Origin: Thermoproteota archaeon
GTDB taxonomy: Archaea; Korarchaeota; Korarchaeia; Korarchaeales; Korarchaeaceae
Assembly: GCA_015522685.1 (NCBI GenBank)
Contig: WALU01000032.1
Coordinates: 1-64,000, forward strand
Reading direction: 5' to 3'
DNA length: 64,000 nucleotides
Made by a program: the position numbers and the translations under genes. Position 1 is the first letter of the stretch; every line of letters begins with the position of its first letter. Positions 28,213 through 38,109 of the stretch are shown here, in pieces. The notes under the pieces were generated by a model that saw only the letters and a program-made list of their open reading frames with translations, had not been told where the DNA came from and ran no database searches.

Positions 28213-31148
28213 ATGAACACCTTTTTGCCATTTACCTCCCATTCTTTGCCAAAAGAGTTACTAGGTACATCCTCATCACTTTCTACGACTTTTATGGAAT
28301 TAGCATCTGAATCCCATAGAATATCGTCATAAAACAGTTTAACAGCATCACCAATTTCATCATCCCCCCTAATGTAGATCTCTATTCTTTCCACTCCTAT
28401 AGTTAGGCTCAATTCTTTCCTCATTGACTGTATTCTTCTAGTAATTTCTCTAGATAGTCCTGCCAGAATCTCCTCCTTACCCATTTCTAGGTTTAAGAAT
28501 ATCTTTCCTGAGCTGAAGCTTACTTCCGACCATTTCCCGTCGACAGGTTGTTCGCCAACCTTCACCTCCCTAACATTGGCTTCAACTAGCAATATATCCT
28601 TTAGAAGATCAACTGCTTTTATCACCATAGGATCATTAGATGCTACTACCATCTCTTTCAGGGGCTGTCTCCTCTTAATCCTCGCGTTAGACCTAGCGAA
28701 TCCAGAGGCGCTGACAATTTCTCTAACATATTCCATTATATCTTCTAGCTCCTCATCTATTAGCTCAAGTCTGGGAGGTCTTAATAGTATGAAGTTTAAG
28801 CTTTCAGGATCTTCTTCTTGTCTAAAAGATTCTTGATATATCTTCTCTGCAATCAATGGGGTAAACACGAATAGATAGGGTAACGTCTCCTTCAGCACAT
28901 GATAGAGCACTCTAGACCATTTATCGGAGATAGCTTTATCCTTAGATCTTAACTTCTTTCGAGCTACTCTAAGATATAAATGACTTATATCATCCATTAA
29001 GAAGTCTAAGATTTCATTACTAGCCATATGTATGTAATATTCATTCATGTATTCTCTTACTGTCTTTTCCATGGAGTTAAGTCTAGAAAGTAGCCATCTG
29101 TTGATGGGATCTAGCTCAGTTGAAGGTGGAAGATCGCATATCTCTCTATCTCTGAGATATGTAGTTGCAAATACATAGATATTCCATATTACCAATAATT
29201 TTCTTTGGATTTCATCTAGGCCCCTCCATGAGAACCTTAAATCCTGCCATGGAACCTTAGTGAGTACGAAGAACCTGAAAGCATCTCTTGATGCCTTTTT
29301 AATTATATCAGGAGGAGGCACATAGTTTCCTAATCTTTTATGCATCTCTCTTCCTTTCTCATCTAGCATAAATCCATGCATTAGAACTGATTTATAGGGC
29401 ACGCTATTGAATAGGAGTGTTCCCATCCTGAGAAGTGAGAAGAACCATCCTCTCACTTGATCATGACCTTCCGTTATGAAATCTACTGGAAATATATTCT
29501 TGAATATCTCTTCATTTTTATATGGATAGCCTAAACTCGCGAAGAATGATATACCTGAATCATACCAAACATCCATTATATCAGATATTCTCCTCATAGT
29601 CCCTCCGCACTTAGGGCACTTCCAAGTAACTTTATCCACCCAAGGTCTGTGAAGATTCTCTAAATGGACACCAGACCTCTCTTCCAGCTCCTTGGCTGAT
29701 CCTATCACCTCTATATTTCCACACTTATCGCATTTCCATATAGGTAAGGGAATGCCCCAATATCTCTGCCTAGATATTATCCAATCCTCCAATCCAAGGA
29801 GCCAATCCCTAAATCTTCTCTCTCCTCCCCACTTAGGGATCCACTTAGCTTTCTCACTTTCCTCCATTAACTTCTCTCTCAAATCTGTTAGTCTGACGAA
29901 CCACTGAGTTGTAGTTCTTATTATTAAAGGAGTATCACACCTCCAGCAAACTGGATATTTATGTATGATTGTCCCTTGATGGAAGAGAACTCCTCTTTCT
30001 TTTAAGTCCTCTATTATTATAGCATTGGCCTTTCTTACCTGTAAGCCCTCATATTTTCCGGCTTCCTTAGTGAATCTACCTCTTTCATCAACCGGACTAA
30101 CTACTGGAAGGCTATACTTCATTCCAACTTCAAAGTCTTCCTTTCCATGACCTGGAGCGCTATGTACGCATCCACTTCCTTCCTTCATCGTGACAAACTT
30201 TTCACTGAGTACAACTCTGTGGACATCTTTCAGCTCCTTCTGAACGTCTACTAGATCTTCTAATGGATGCTTATACTTCAGTCCTTCGAGCTCTCTCCCC
30301 TTAGACTCTTTTAATACCTCGTAATTCTCAATGCCAGCTTCCTTCATGACCTTTTCGAGTCTGGCCTTCGCAAGTATTAGTATATCTTTTCTCACCTTCA
30401 CCTTAACGTATGTCTCCTCAGGGTGAACCATAACAGCTACGTTGCCAGGTAAAGTCCATGGAGTTGTTGTCCATATAAGGAGATATTCTCCTTCCTTTCC
30501 TAAGACCTTAAACTTGACGTAAATAGAAGGATCCATGATATCTTTGTAATTCTCACTAACTTCATAGTCAGAAAGAACTGTTTCACACCTAGGGCACCAA
30601 TGGACAGGTCTAGCTCCTTGATACAATCTATTGCTTTCCCAGATTTTCTTTATGCCCCACCATGCGCTTTCCATATAATCTTTCTCATAAGTCCTATATG
30701 GATTATCCCAGTCCATTGATATAGCGAATTCTTTGAAATGATTGGCCATGGATCTAAGGTTATTAGTGGCAAGCTCCCTGCACTTTTCAACAAATTTGCC
30801 TATACCATACTCTTCTATATTCTTTTTAGATGAAAATCCTAGAGATTTCTCGGTCATTACCTCTATGGGAAGTCCATGGGTATCCCATCCAGGCTTATCT
30901 AGCACATCAAAGCCCTCTCCTCTCTTGAATCTTAGGACTGTATCCTTTAGTATTTTATTCCAAACGGTTCCTGGATGAGGCATATCTGAAGATGGGTAGG
31001 GAGGTCCATCTAAGAAATGGAACTGTTTTTCACCCCTCCTGAGTTCCCTTAACTTCTTATAAATTCTATTTTCTTCCCAGAAGTTTAGGATTTCAGACTC
31101 ATACTCCTTAGGATTGAAATTTCTAGTTAGTTGCCTAACTCTACTCAT
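28191..31148 (-). CDS. ileS: isoleucyl-tRNA synthetase
   Basis: DGPPY, GWDTHGLPIE, WTTTPWTLP, ISRQRYWGIP and the KMSKS variant EMHKR. Confidence 0.95.
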   Translation of the reverse strand: MSRVRQLTRNFNPKEYESEILNFWEENRIYKKLRELRRGEKQFHFLDGPPYPSSDMPHPGTVWNKILKDTVLRFKRGEGFDVLDKPGWDTHGLPIEVMTEKSLGFSSKKNIEEYGIGKFVEKCRELATNNLRSMANHFKEFAISMDWDNPYRTYEKDYMESAWWGIKKIWESNRLYQGARPVHWCPRCETVLSDYEVSENYKDIMDPSIYVKFKVLGKEGEYLLIWTTTPWTLPGNVAVMVHPEETYVKVKVRKDILILAKARLEKVMKEAGIENYEVLKESKGRELEGLKYKHPLEDLVDVQKELKDVHRVVLSEKFVTMKEGSGCVHSAPGHGKEDFEVGMKYSLPVVSPVDERGRFTKEAGKYEGLQVRKANAIIIEDLKERGVLFHQGTIIHKYPVCWRCDTPLIIRTTTQWFVRLTDLREKLMEESEKAKWIPKWGGERRFRDWLLGLEDWIISRQRYWGIPLPIWKCDKCGNIEVIGSAKELEERSGVHLENLHRPWVDKVTWKCPKCGGTMRRISDIMDVWYDSGISFFASLGYPYKNEEIFKNIFPVDFITEGHDQVRGWFFSLLRMGTLLFNSVPYKSVLMHGFMLDEKGREMHKRLGNYVPPPDIIKKASRDAFRFFVLTKVPWQDLRFSWRGLDEIQRKLLVIWNIYVFATTYLRDREICDLPPSTELDPINRWLLSRLNSMEKTVREYMNEYYIHMASNEILDFLMDDISHLYLRVARKKLRSKDKAISDKWSRVLYHVLKETLPYLFVFTPLIAEKIYQESFRQEEDPESLNFILLRPPRLELIDEELEDIMEYVREIVSASGFARSNARIKRRQPLKEMVVASNDPMVIKAVDLLKDILLVEANVREVKVGEQPVDGKWSEVSFSSGKIFLNLEMGKEEILAGLSREITRRIQSMRKELSLTIGVERIEIYIRGDDEIGDAVKLFYDDILWDSDANSIKVVESDEDVPSNSFGKEWEVNGKKVFIWIKKVE

Positions 31149-31197
31149 TCTAAGGGCCACCTCATGACCACGCGTTCACACCTATGAGTACCTTCAA

Positions 31198-31206
31198 GTT
31201 TATAAA
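31198..31206 (+). promoter_or_regulatory. TATA box for the 5S rRNA gene (possibly shared with divergent ileS)
   Basis: TTTATAAA about 25 nt upstream of the 5S 5' end. Confidence 0.6.
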
Positions 31207-31229
31207 TGAAATCAGATATCCGCTGGTGA

Positions 31230-31357
31230 GGGGCGAGCGGCCATAGCGACCAGGAACACACCCGGATCCATTCCGAACCCGGAAGTTAAGCTTGGTCGCG
31301 TTTTGTGGAGTACTGAGCTCCGTAAGGGCTCGGGAAACACGGAAGCTGCTAAGCCCC
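31230..31357 (+). rRNA. rrf: 5S ribosomal RNA (stand-alone)
   Basis: GGCCATAGC, ACACCCGGATCCATTCCGAACCCGGAAGTTAAG and AGTACTG signatures. Helix I is GGGGC-AGCGGC / GCTGCT-GCCCC. Confidence 0.95.
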
Positions 31358-32482
31358 CTTACAAGCATCTAAGAGATCATCGGCACCAACTCTTCTTGCT
31401 ACTTTTAGGAACTTGTCCCACCTACTCTTAGTTTTCGGTTTTTTAGGAACAAAGGGACATGTTACATCATAAACTATTGAAATGTCATATGTGCCTATTT
31501 TCTTGGCCATTTTTACAATATCATCCTTATCCATCCCTATTAATGGCCTAAGCACCGGCTTCTCCAAACAGTGAGTTTCGACCTCCAAGTTCTCTAGGGT
31601 TTGAGATGCTACTTGACCTAGAGAATCCCCTGTAACTATTGCACTCGCTCCAAGCTGATTAGCTATTTTATTAGCTAAAACAAGCATCCTTCTCTTACAT
31701 AGTAAGCAAATCCATTCTCTAGCTCCCCTTTCTAGATATTTCCTTAAAGCAGTGGCATGCTTTACTACAATTGGTTTGAAATTAGCTCCATAGGAAAATT
31801 TCTTTAGTACGGATACCAATCTCATGAAGCCCTCCTCCTCTTCATCCGTCTTCTTAAAATGAACGGGGATCACTTGGGCTCCTCGCCTCATAATTAACCA
31901 TGCTGCTACAGGGCTATCTATGCCGCTAGATATGAGCGCTAAAACTTGACCTTGCGTACCAACCGGAAGGCCTCCATATCCACTTATCTTCTCGTCGGTC
32001 ACATAGGCCTTCTTTCCAATCAACTCAATGAAAATTTCTTGGTTAGGGTTTGTGAGGTCCACAGGTCTACCTATCTGCTCCTTAATTACCGAACCAACAA
32101 GCCTAGCGGTCTCTATTGATGTCAAAGGAAAATTCTTTGTGATTCTCCGCACCCTAACAGCGAAACTTCCTCGTTCCTTTGCAGCTATTGATAGTGAAGC
32201 TTTTTTTAGTTCCTCAATATCCGCTTCGGTTTCCAATGTAGGACTATAAGACTTAACTCCAAATACTAATTTAGTCACTTCCCTTACTTTAGGGTCCGAT
32301 GTATAAACAACGATCCTACTAGCTCTTTTCAATACTTGTATGAAGTTGACTCCTTCGCTCCTATAAGCCTTCTCTAAATTCTTAATTAGCCTCTTCTCCA
32401 TCTCTCTCCTAACTTGAGAGCTCTTAAGTCCTATCTCAGAATATCTAACTATCAATGAATTAAAATTTTCCACAAATCTCAC
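31349..32482 (-). CDS. thiI: tRNA 4-thiouridine synthase ThiI (THUMP + PP-loop, no rhodanese domain)
   Basis: VRYSEIGLKS, GGLPVG, SSGIDSPVA, GDSLGQVASQT and RPLIGMDK motifs. Confidence 0.92.
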   Translation of the reverse strand: MRFVENFNSLIVRYSEIGLKSSQVRREMEKRLIKNLEKAYRSEGVNFIQVLKRASRIVVYTSDPKVREVTKLVFGVKSYSPTLETEADIEELKKASLSIAAKERGSFAVRVRRITKNFPLTSIETARLVGSVIKEQIGRPVDLTNPNQEIFIELIGKKAYVTDEKISGYGGLPVGTQGQVLALISSGIDSPVAAWLIMRRGAQVIPVHFKKTDEEEEGFMRLVSVLKKFSYGANFKPIVVKHATALRKYLERGAREWICLLCKRRMLVLANKIANQLGASAIVTGDSLGQVASQTLENLEVETHCLEKPVLRPLIGMDKDDIVKMAKKIGTYDISIVYDVTCPFVPKKPKTKSRWDKFLKVARRVGADDLLDACKGA

Positions 32483-32518
32483 CGGGCAACCTTATAGCTC
32501 TCACCAAAAACAATATCG

Positions 32519-34741
32519 TTGAGTGAAATGTCGGGGATTTATTATCATCTCGAAGATTTAGATGAAGCTATTGAGATATGGTTTAGCGGTGGGGCTAGTA
32601 GAAAGATGAGATATAAACCGTACTTCTACACATTCCCTGATGAGGAAAATAAAGTTTCTGGATTTATAGATAAAGAAAGGGTTCGGGTAAAGGTACTTGG
32701 TGTGGATAAAGAGCTAGTAAAGTTCAGCTTTTTGGATGATAAATCGAGAAAGAAGGCAGCTAAGAAAGTAAAGAGGCCCTTTAATCTGGAAATATCTCCA
32801 TGGTTTCAGCTAATTATAGATAAAGGATTAGTACCTTTCAGTGAATTAGATGAGGATCTAAAGCCAGTAGGGCCGCTGAGAGGCCAGGAAGAGATAAAGA
32901 AGCTCTTCTTCTCAGGGCTCATATACAGTGAGGACGGCTTCCCATTGGAAGGAAAAAGCCCAGTAGTAGCTATAGCTTATGCAATAGAGGATGGTCCGAT
33001 AGAGATAATATCAACTAAAGATGGGGATGATAAAAAGATCATCGAAGAGTTCGTCTCATTAATCAAAAAGGAAGATCCAGATGCCCTAGCTGGGTACGGT
33101 CACGATGTTGATGAACTCAAGCATTTAAAGGCGAGGTCTCAATATCATGGAATTAAATTGGCTATAGGAAGGGATGGATCTGAGCCTAATGAGACGGGAA
33201 GGTTCTTTAGAGGAACTATCTTAGTGGAGAATAGAATAAAAGGGAGAGCCAACTTAGATATGTTCCCCATTGCTTGGAGAGATTTTCCTCAATTACCAGA
33301 AAGAACGTGGTATGAGCTGGCCGATAAGATAGGGGTAAGGAGACCAAAAGCTCTCATGAAATTCAGAATTGCAGAGGTCTGGAAATCTGATGAAGACAGA
33401 GCACTGGCTTATCTAAAGGGGAAGCTTTCTACGATTAGAGAAATATATGGGAAGATTATGGGTCACCAAGTAGAGCTATCTAAACTTACTTTGAGGCCCA
33501 TTCATAGACTCATAAGAACTCCGGTTGGTGAAATTGTGGAATCATATATACTTAAGGAGGCTAAGAAGGTGGGGTGGGTTTTCTCTGCTAAGGAACCACA
33601 TAAGGAGAGCGGCTATGTCGGAGGGTATGTTTGGTTGAGATCTCCAGGACTATACGAGGAGATGGGCTATTGGGATTTTGCAAGCATGTATCCATCCATA
33701 ATGGCGTATCATAACATAAGCTTTGAGACGGTTAATCCTCCTCCTAGACTCTGTGATAGTGCTGAGAAGATAGAGGTGGAAGGGGTCTCAGCTGAGGTAT
33801 GTCAAAACATTAGGGGTCTAATTCCGGTGCTAGTCACGAAATTAATGAAGGAAAGATCTAAAATAAAAAATCAAATGAAGAATTTATCAGCGGACAGTCC
33901 AGAATACAAGAGGCTTGATTCAATTCAAAGAGCTGTTAAGGTAGTCACTAATGCGATGTATGGGTATATGGGCTGGGCTAATGCTCTTCTAATGAATCTA
34001 GATGCAGCGAGATTGACTTCGGCTTTAGGGAGATATTACATTAAGAGGGTAAAGAAATATGCAGAGGGAAAAGGCCTAACAACGATATACATAGATACAG
34101 ATGGCATCCAACTAATAGGAGGAAATCCAGAGGTTTATACATCGCTTCTCGAGGAGATAAATGAGAAATTACCAATAAGACTTGAGTTAGAATATATTGC
34201 GGAGAAGGGCCTCTATCTTGCGAAGAAGAAGTACGCTCATCTAGTTAATGGTAAATTAGTGGCTAAGGGGTTCGAGTTCGTTAGAAGAGACTATCCTAGC
34301 ATAATCAAAGAAGCCCAGAAAAAAGTAGTAGAGATGGCTCTAAATGGCAAAAGCTTAGAGGAGATAAAGAAGGAGATCAATAGTTTCAGAAATAAAATAG
34401 TAAATAAGCAGATAGAAAAAGAGGATCTTATAATAATGGAGACTATGGGGAAGGAGCTCGAGAGATTCGAGAGGAAAACAAAGGGATTCTATGCTGCTAC
34501 ATGGCTCTCGGATAAGAAAGGCATAGAGGTACATAGAGGTCAGGTACTCAGAATACTCATAATAAAGGGGCTAGGAAATGTTAATGAGAGAGCAAGACCT
34601 GCTGCTTTCTTCGATATAGATAATTTGGATTTAGGATATTACATTAGGCTATTCGATCAAGTTATGGAAAGGACTATATCATCGCTAAAGAAGGTAGGAA
34701 TATCAGAGAAGGAAGTAAAGGGGCTTGAAGAGTGGTTCTAA
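32519..34741 (+). CDS. family B DNA polymerase (PolB3-like) with degenerate 3'-5' exonuclease motifs
   Basis: DFASMYPSI, KVVTNAMYGY, YIDTDG, KKKY, KGFEFVRRD and a PIP-like KGLEEWF are present. Acidic Exo I/II/III residues are missing. Confidence 0.9.
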   Translation: MSEMSGIYYHLEDLDEAIEIWFSGGASRKMRYKPYFYTFPDEENKVSGFIDKERVRVKVLGVDKELVKFSFLDDKSRKKAAKKVKRPFNLEISPWFQLIIDKGLVPFSELDEDLKPVGPLRGQEEIKKLFFSGLIYSEDGFPLEGKSPVVAIAYAIEDGPIEIISTKDGDDKKIIEEFVSLIKKEDPDALAGYGHDVDELKHLKARSQYHGIKLAIGRDGSEPNETGRFFRGTILVENRIKGRANLDMFPIAWRDFPQLPERTWYELADKIGVRRPKALMKFRIAEVWKSDEDRALAYLKGKLSTIREIYGKIMGHQVELSKLTLRPIHRLIRTPVGEIVESYILKEAKKVGWVFSAKEPHKESGYVGGYVWLRSPGLYEEMGYWDFASMYPSIMAYHNISFETVNPPPRLCDSAEKIEVEGVSAEVCQNIRGLIPVLVTKLMKERSKIKNQMKNLSADSPEYKRLDSIQRAVKVVTNAMYGYMGWANALLMNLDAARLTSALGRYYIKRVKKYAEGKGLTTIYIDTDGIQLIGGNPEVYTSLLEEINEKLPIRLELEYIAEKGLYLAKKKYAHLVNGKLVAKGFEFVRRDYPSIIKEAQKKVVEMALNGKSLEEIKKEINSFRNKIVNKQIEKEDLIIMETMGKELERFERKTKGFYAATWLSDKKGIEVHRGQVLRILIIKGLGNVNERARPAAFFDIDNLDLGYYIRLFDQVMERTISSLKKVGISEKEVKGLEEWF

Positions 34742-34744
34742 CCC

Positions 34745-35086
34745 CTAAACCTTTAAGAATTTGAGAGGTAACTTAGAAGATTTCTTTTTTCTGTAAGGTC
34801 TATTTAGAGGGACGGCTACACGCCTTTCCTCCTCAGCTCTCGGTTTCACAATACCCAGATATACTGCGCAGCTTATACAGTAATATCTAGTCTCAAGCCT
34901 CTTTGATATGTACGCCCCCTGCCTCTCTAGGTCCTTACCTAAACTTCCGCCTACAGGAGAGACCCATCTAGTTACTTTCACTGCTTTATCGGCGGGTATC
35001 GCTCTTCCACACTGATAGCATTGAACTATCCTCTCATGACCAGAACCACCTAGCTTCCTACCTCTGTTCTTTCTTTTTTTTGGCAT
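34745..35086 (-). CDS. rps26e: 30S ribosomal protein S26e
   Basis: MPKKRKNRGR, VQCYQCGRAIPADKA and YCISCA motifs. Confidence 0.93.
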   Translation of the reverse strand: MPKKRKNRGRKLGGSGHERIVQCYQCGRAIPADKAVKVTRWVSPVGGSLGKDLERQGAYISKRLETRYYCISCAVYLGIVKPRAEEERRVAVPLNRPYRKKKSSKLPLKFLKV

Positions 35087-35214
35087 ATATTTCCCCGGAT
35101 GGTCTAACATATGGGCGAAAATAAAGGTTTGCTTTGATAGTCTGGGGTCATCTAAACCTAAAGGCCGCTGAAAATCTCAAAATATACTACGATATAATAA
35201 TGAATTGAAGGAAA

Positions 35215-36654
35215 TTAATATGATCTACCTATCCAAGCTTTATGTTTTGCTTTTCTACCACAGATAATACACTTCTCTCCTGAATCAACGAGGGTATTCT
35301 CCTCATATCCAAGTATGCTGTAACCAACTTTCTCCTCAACTTCATGGCCGCATTCATCCAGCCCGCACCAAGCAAAGGATATCATCTTATCTCCGATATT
35401 CTTCTTTATCCCTTCTATACTAGTAACATGAACAGTCCTCTTGTTAAAGTAATCCTCAGCCTGAGATCTCATGCTGTCTTCTATATCCCTGAAAATGCTA
35501 CTGAGAGATTCTACGATGTCATCGGCTGAAATCTTTACTCTTTCCATGGAATCTCTCCTAGAAATTGTCAGCGTCCTCTCTTTATATTCCTTCTTTCCTA
35601 TTTCTATCCTAATAGGTACACCTTTCATTTCCCACTTATAGAACTTGTATCCAGGTCTGTCCTCACTATCATCTAGAAATACTCTAAACTCTTTAGATAA
35701 GGTATCCGATACCTCCCTACAGTACTCATTTATCTTCTCTTCATACCCCTTAGATACTATTGGTATGATGACTATTTGAATTGGAGCTAGCTTAGGTGGT
35801 AGCTTTAATCCCCTATTATCTCCATGTATTGATACTAGAGCTGCAAGAGACCTCTCAGAGATGCCAAAGGAAGTCGTATTAACATGCTTCTTCTCTCCAT
35901 TCTTATCCATGTATTCGAGACTATATGCCTTAGCAAATAGATCTCCAAAGTTTATCACACTACCTAGCTCTAATGCCTTGCCATCGGGCATTATAGTTAA
36001 GATATCATAATTATACTTAGCTCCTGGAAAAGTATCCCAAGGAGTTGTTTTAACTATGACATAAGGAACCAGCAACTCATCGTAGAACTTTTTATATATT
36101 CTAATACCCAGTTCAACCTGCTTGACTGCATCTTCATAGGTAGCATGGAATGTATGACCCTCTTTGAAGAATGCAATTTCCCTAACCCTAAGCATAGGTC
36201 TTGTTGCCTTTGTCTCATACCTGTATACAGGTACTATCTGATAGATCCTGAGCGGTAGATCCTTATAACTCGTTATCCATCTATTTAATACCTCATACAT
36301 TATAGCCTCGCTAGTAGGTCTCAAAGCCAACTTCTCTTCTATATTTTGCCTTCCTAGCTTAGTGATCCAGTATATAGAGTCCTCAAAACCTTTTATAAAC
36401 TTAAATTCTCTTCCTAACACCCTTTCCGGGACTACACCAGGGAAGTAGACTCTTTTATGTCCAGTATCCCTCATTAGTCGCTCCATTATATCCATTACAT
36501 TTTCTATTAGTTCATATCCGAAAGGTAGCCATATATACATACCCTTTATAGGATACTTCTCATCTAAGATCTCAGCTTTGAAGAGAACTTCATCGAACCA
36601 ACGGGAGAAGTTTTCTTCTTTAGGCGTAAGTTCGAAGGCTTCTCTTCCCGACAT
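35215..36654 (-). CDS. proS: prolyl-tRNA synthetase (archaeal/eukaryotic type)
   Basis: LRPTSE, YRYETK..RPMLRVRE, FKEGHT, HGDNRGL motifs and a C-terminal Y. Confidence 0.95.
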   Translation of the reverse strand: MSGREAFELTPKEENFSRWFDEVLFKAEILDEKYPIKGMYIWLPFGYELIENVMDIMERLMRDTGHKRVYFPGVVPERVLGREFKFIKGFEDSIYWITKLGRQNIEEKLALRPTSEAIMYEVLNRWITSYKDLPLRIYQIVPVYRYETKATRPMLRVREIAFFKEGHTFHATYEDAVKQVELGIRIYKKFYDELLVPYVIVKTTPWDTFPGAKYNYDILTIMPDGKALELGSVINFGDLFAKAYSLEYMDKNGEKKHVNTTSFGISERSLAALVSIHGDNRGLKLPPKLAPIQIVIIPIVSKGYEEKINEYCREVSDTLSKEFRVFLDDSEDRPGYKFYKWEMKGVPIRIEIGKKEYKERTLTISRRDSMERVKISADDIVESLSSIFRDIEDSMRSQAEDYFNKRTVHVTSIEGIKKNIGDKMISFAWCGLDECGHEVEEKVGYSILGYEENTLVDSGEKCIICGRKAKHKAWIGRSY

Positions 36655-36697
36655 AATACTCCCTCACTGGAAAGGTCCCAACTTTCCCTGATTAGTC

Positions 36698-37393
36698 CTA
36701 TCTAAAAACTATGCCTATTGACTTCAGAAGATCAATCCTTTCAAGAGATCTTAAAAAGTTAAATCTAGCTCCAGGAATGGCCTCTTCTAGCTTTAAAATC
36801 ATACTTAAATATCGGTTTTTTGATATATAATCTAGTATATCTTCTACATTATCAATCTTATTGGTTAGGAGAGCCCATGCTTCCTCAATGGGAATTCCAA
36901 CAAATGGTATAATAGTCCTATCAATCTCTCTCATAGCTAAGAATACTCTTCCCTTTGCAATAAAAATGCTAGGAGATCCTTGAAAGATGAACTTAAGGAA
37001 AAGGGCTACGACATCATCTAGAACAAGAGGGATTACCAGTTTTTTCCCTTTATGGGACTCTTCGACTGTTTCATAAAGAGAATTCCATAGACCTTCGGAC
37101 GTCTCTACATCTACATATGTGGATTCTACTGTAACAGGAAATTCAGATTCCATTTCCTGAAAAAGCTCCCATAGAACACTATCATAAGGAAGCCCCGTTC
37201 TAATATATAAGAGCCTATCTCTCCTTGTTAATAAGCCATATTTGCTGACAGATCTTCTCATTCTTGATAGAAGAGAATTTCTCAAACAATTACGACATAA
37301 AGCTTCTCCTGAATATTTTCTAACTAAAATTACCTCCTTAGAGCCGCATCTGCTGCACCTGAGTTCCTTTTTATTATCCTCTTCACTTATCAT
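36698..37393 (-). CDS. inactive TtuA/CTU1-like paralog (N-terminal zinc finger, no PP-loop)
   Basis: CSRCG..YSGEALCRNC..RMRRSVSKYGLL resembles the TtuA N-terminus. TGLPYDS replaces SGGKDS, LVLDD replaces HNLDD, and LEEAIPG is retained near the C-terminus. Confidence 0.6.
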   Translation of the reverse strand: MISEEDNKKELRCSRCGSKEVILVRKYSGEALCRNCLRNSLLSRMRRSVSKYGLLTRRDRLLYIRTGLPYDSVLWELFQEMESEFPVTVESTYVDVETSEGLWNSLYETVEESHKGKKLVIPLVLDDVVALFLKFIFQGSPSIFIAKGRVFLAMREIDRTIIPFVGIPIEEAWALLTNKIDNVEDILDYISKNRYLSMILKLEEAIPGARFNFLRSLERIDLLKSIGIVFR

Positions 37394-37409
37394 ACGATTG
37401 ATCTCTACC

Positions 37410-38100
37410 TTGCTTGATATAAAACCAGAGGTTAAGGTCTTCTATAGCCTAAAAGATGGAAAATACTGACTAAAAAGAGAGATAGAGCAAAATTTATCCT
37501 TAAGGTTCTAGAAGAAATTAGCATAACTGCCTATGTATGTATATGGTAGCGTGGCAAGAGGGGGAGGTTCATCAAAGGACGATATATATGATAGTTATGG
37601 AGTCTACGCTACCTCTTTCTCTTTTCGAGAAAACTCTATCTAAACACTTAGATAATCCTATTTTTCGAGGGATAATTTAAGCTACCTTACATAGCACCAA
37701 AAAATACTATACTAGCATACATTTCGATAAGGTGACAGTATCCTCTCCTGCTGGTAAATTAAGGGAGAAAAAAGGAAGAGTTCTATAAATTCAGCGATAA
37801 AGTAAGCCTAGATGAGCTTATAACTAATATTAGAGTTCTAAGAGTAAATAAGAAAGTAAGGTTAATGGTACCTAACAAAAAAGGTCACCTAGAATATCTA
37901 ATTAGGGAATATAAGGAGATCATAGCTAAGGTACTGGAGTGCTAAGAAGGAGCTGATAGAGGAAAGGGTGAAAGTACCGATCAAGAGGCGCACTATGGAA
38001 TGGCGGAGCTTTTCTAGGCTATTACCTTACGCTTAGAGAAATCTTTGAAGAAACCGCATTAAGGCATAGGAGGTTAAAAGTTTAGAAAGAGATTAAGTAA
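37410..38100 (+). pseudogene. decayed nucleotidyltransferase (COG2413-like) pseudogene
   Basis: Fragments in different frames: RWKILTKKRDRA, YVYGSVARG, EFYKF, RVNKK, KGHLEY, IAKVL, EERVKV. Several frameshifts and stop codons. Confidence 0.75.
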
Positions 38101-38109
38101 GAATTCTCT

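Noticed and set aside
31162-31368. 68-aa minus-strand ORF
   Set aside because: It is the antisense shadow of the 5S rRNA gene.
35110-35214. Possible C/D box sRNA between rps26e and proS
   Set aside because: A CTGA is present, but there is no convincing RTGATGA box C or C'/D' pair.
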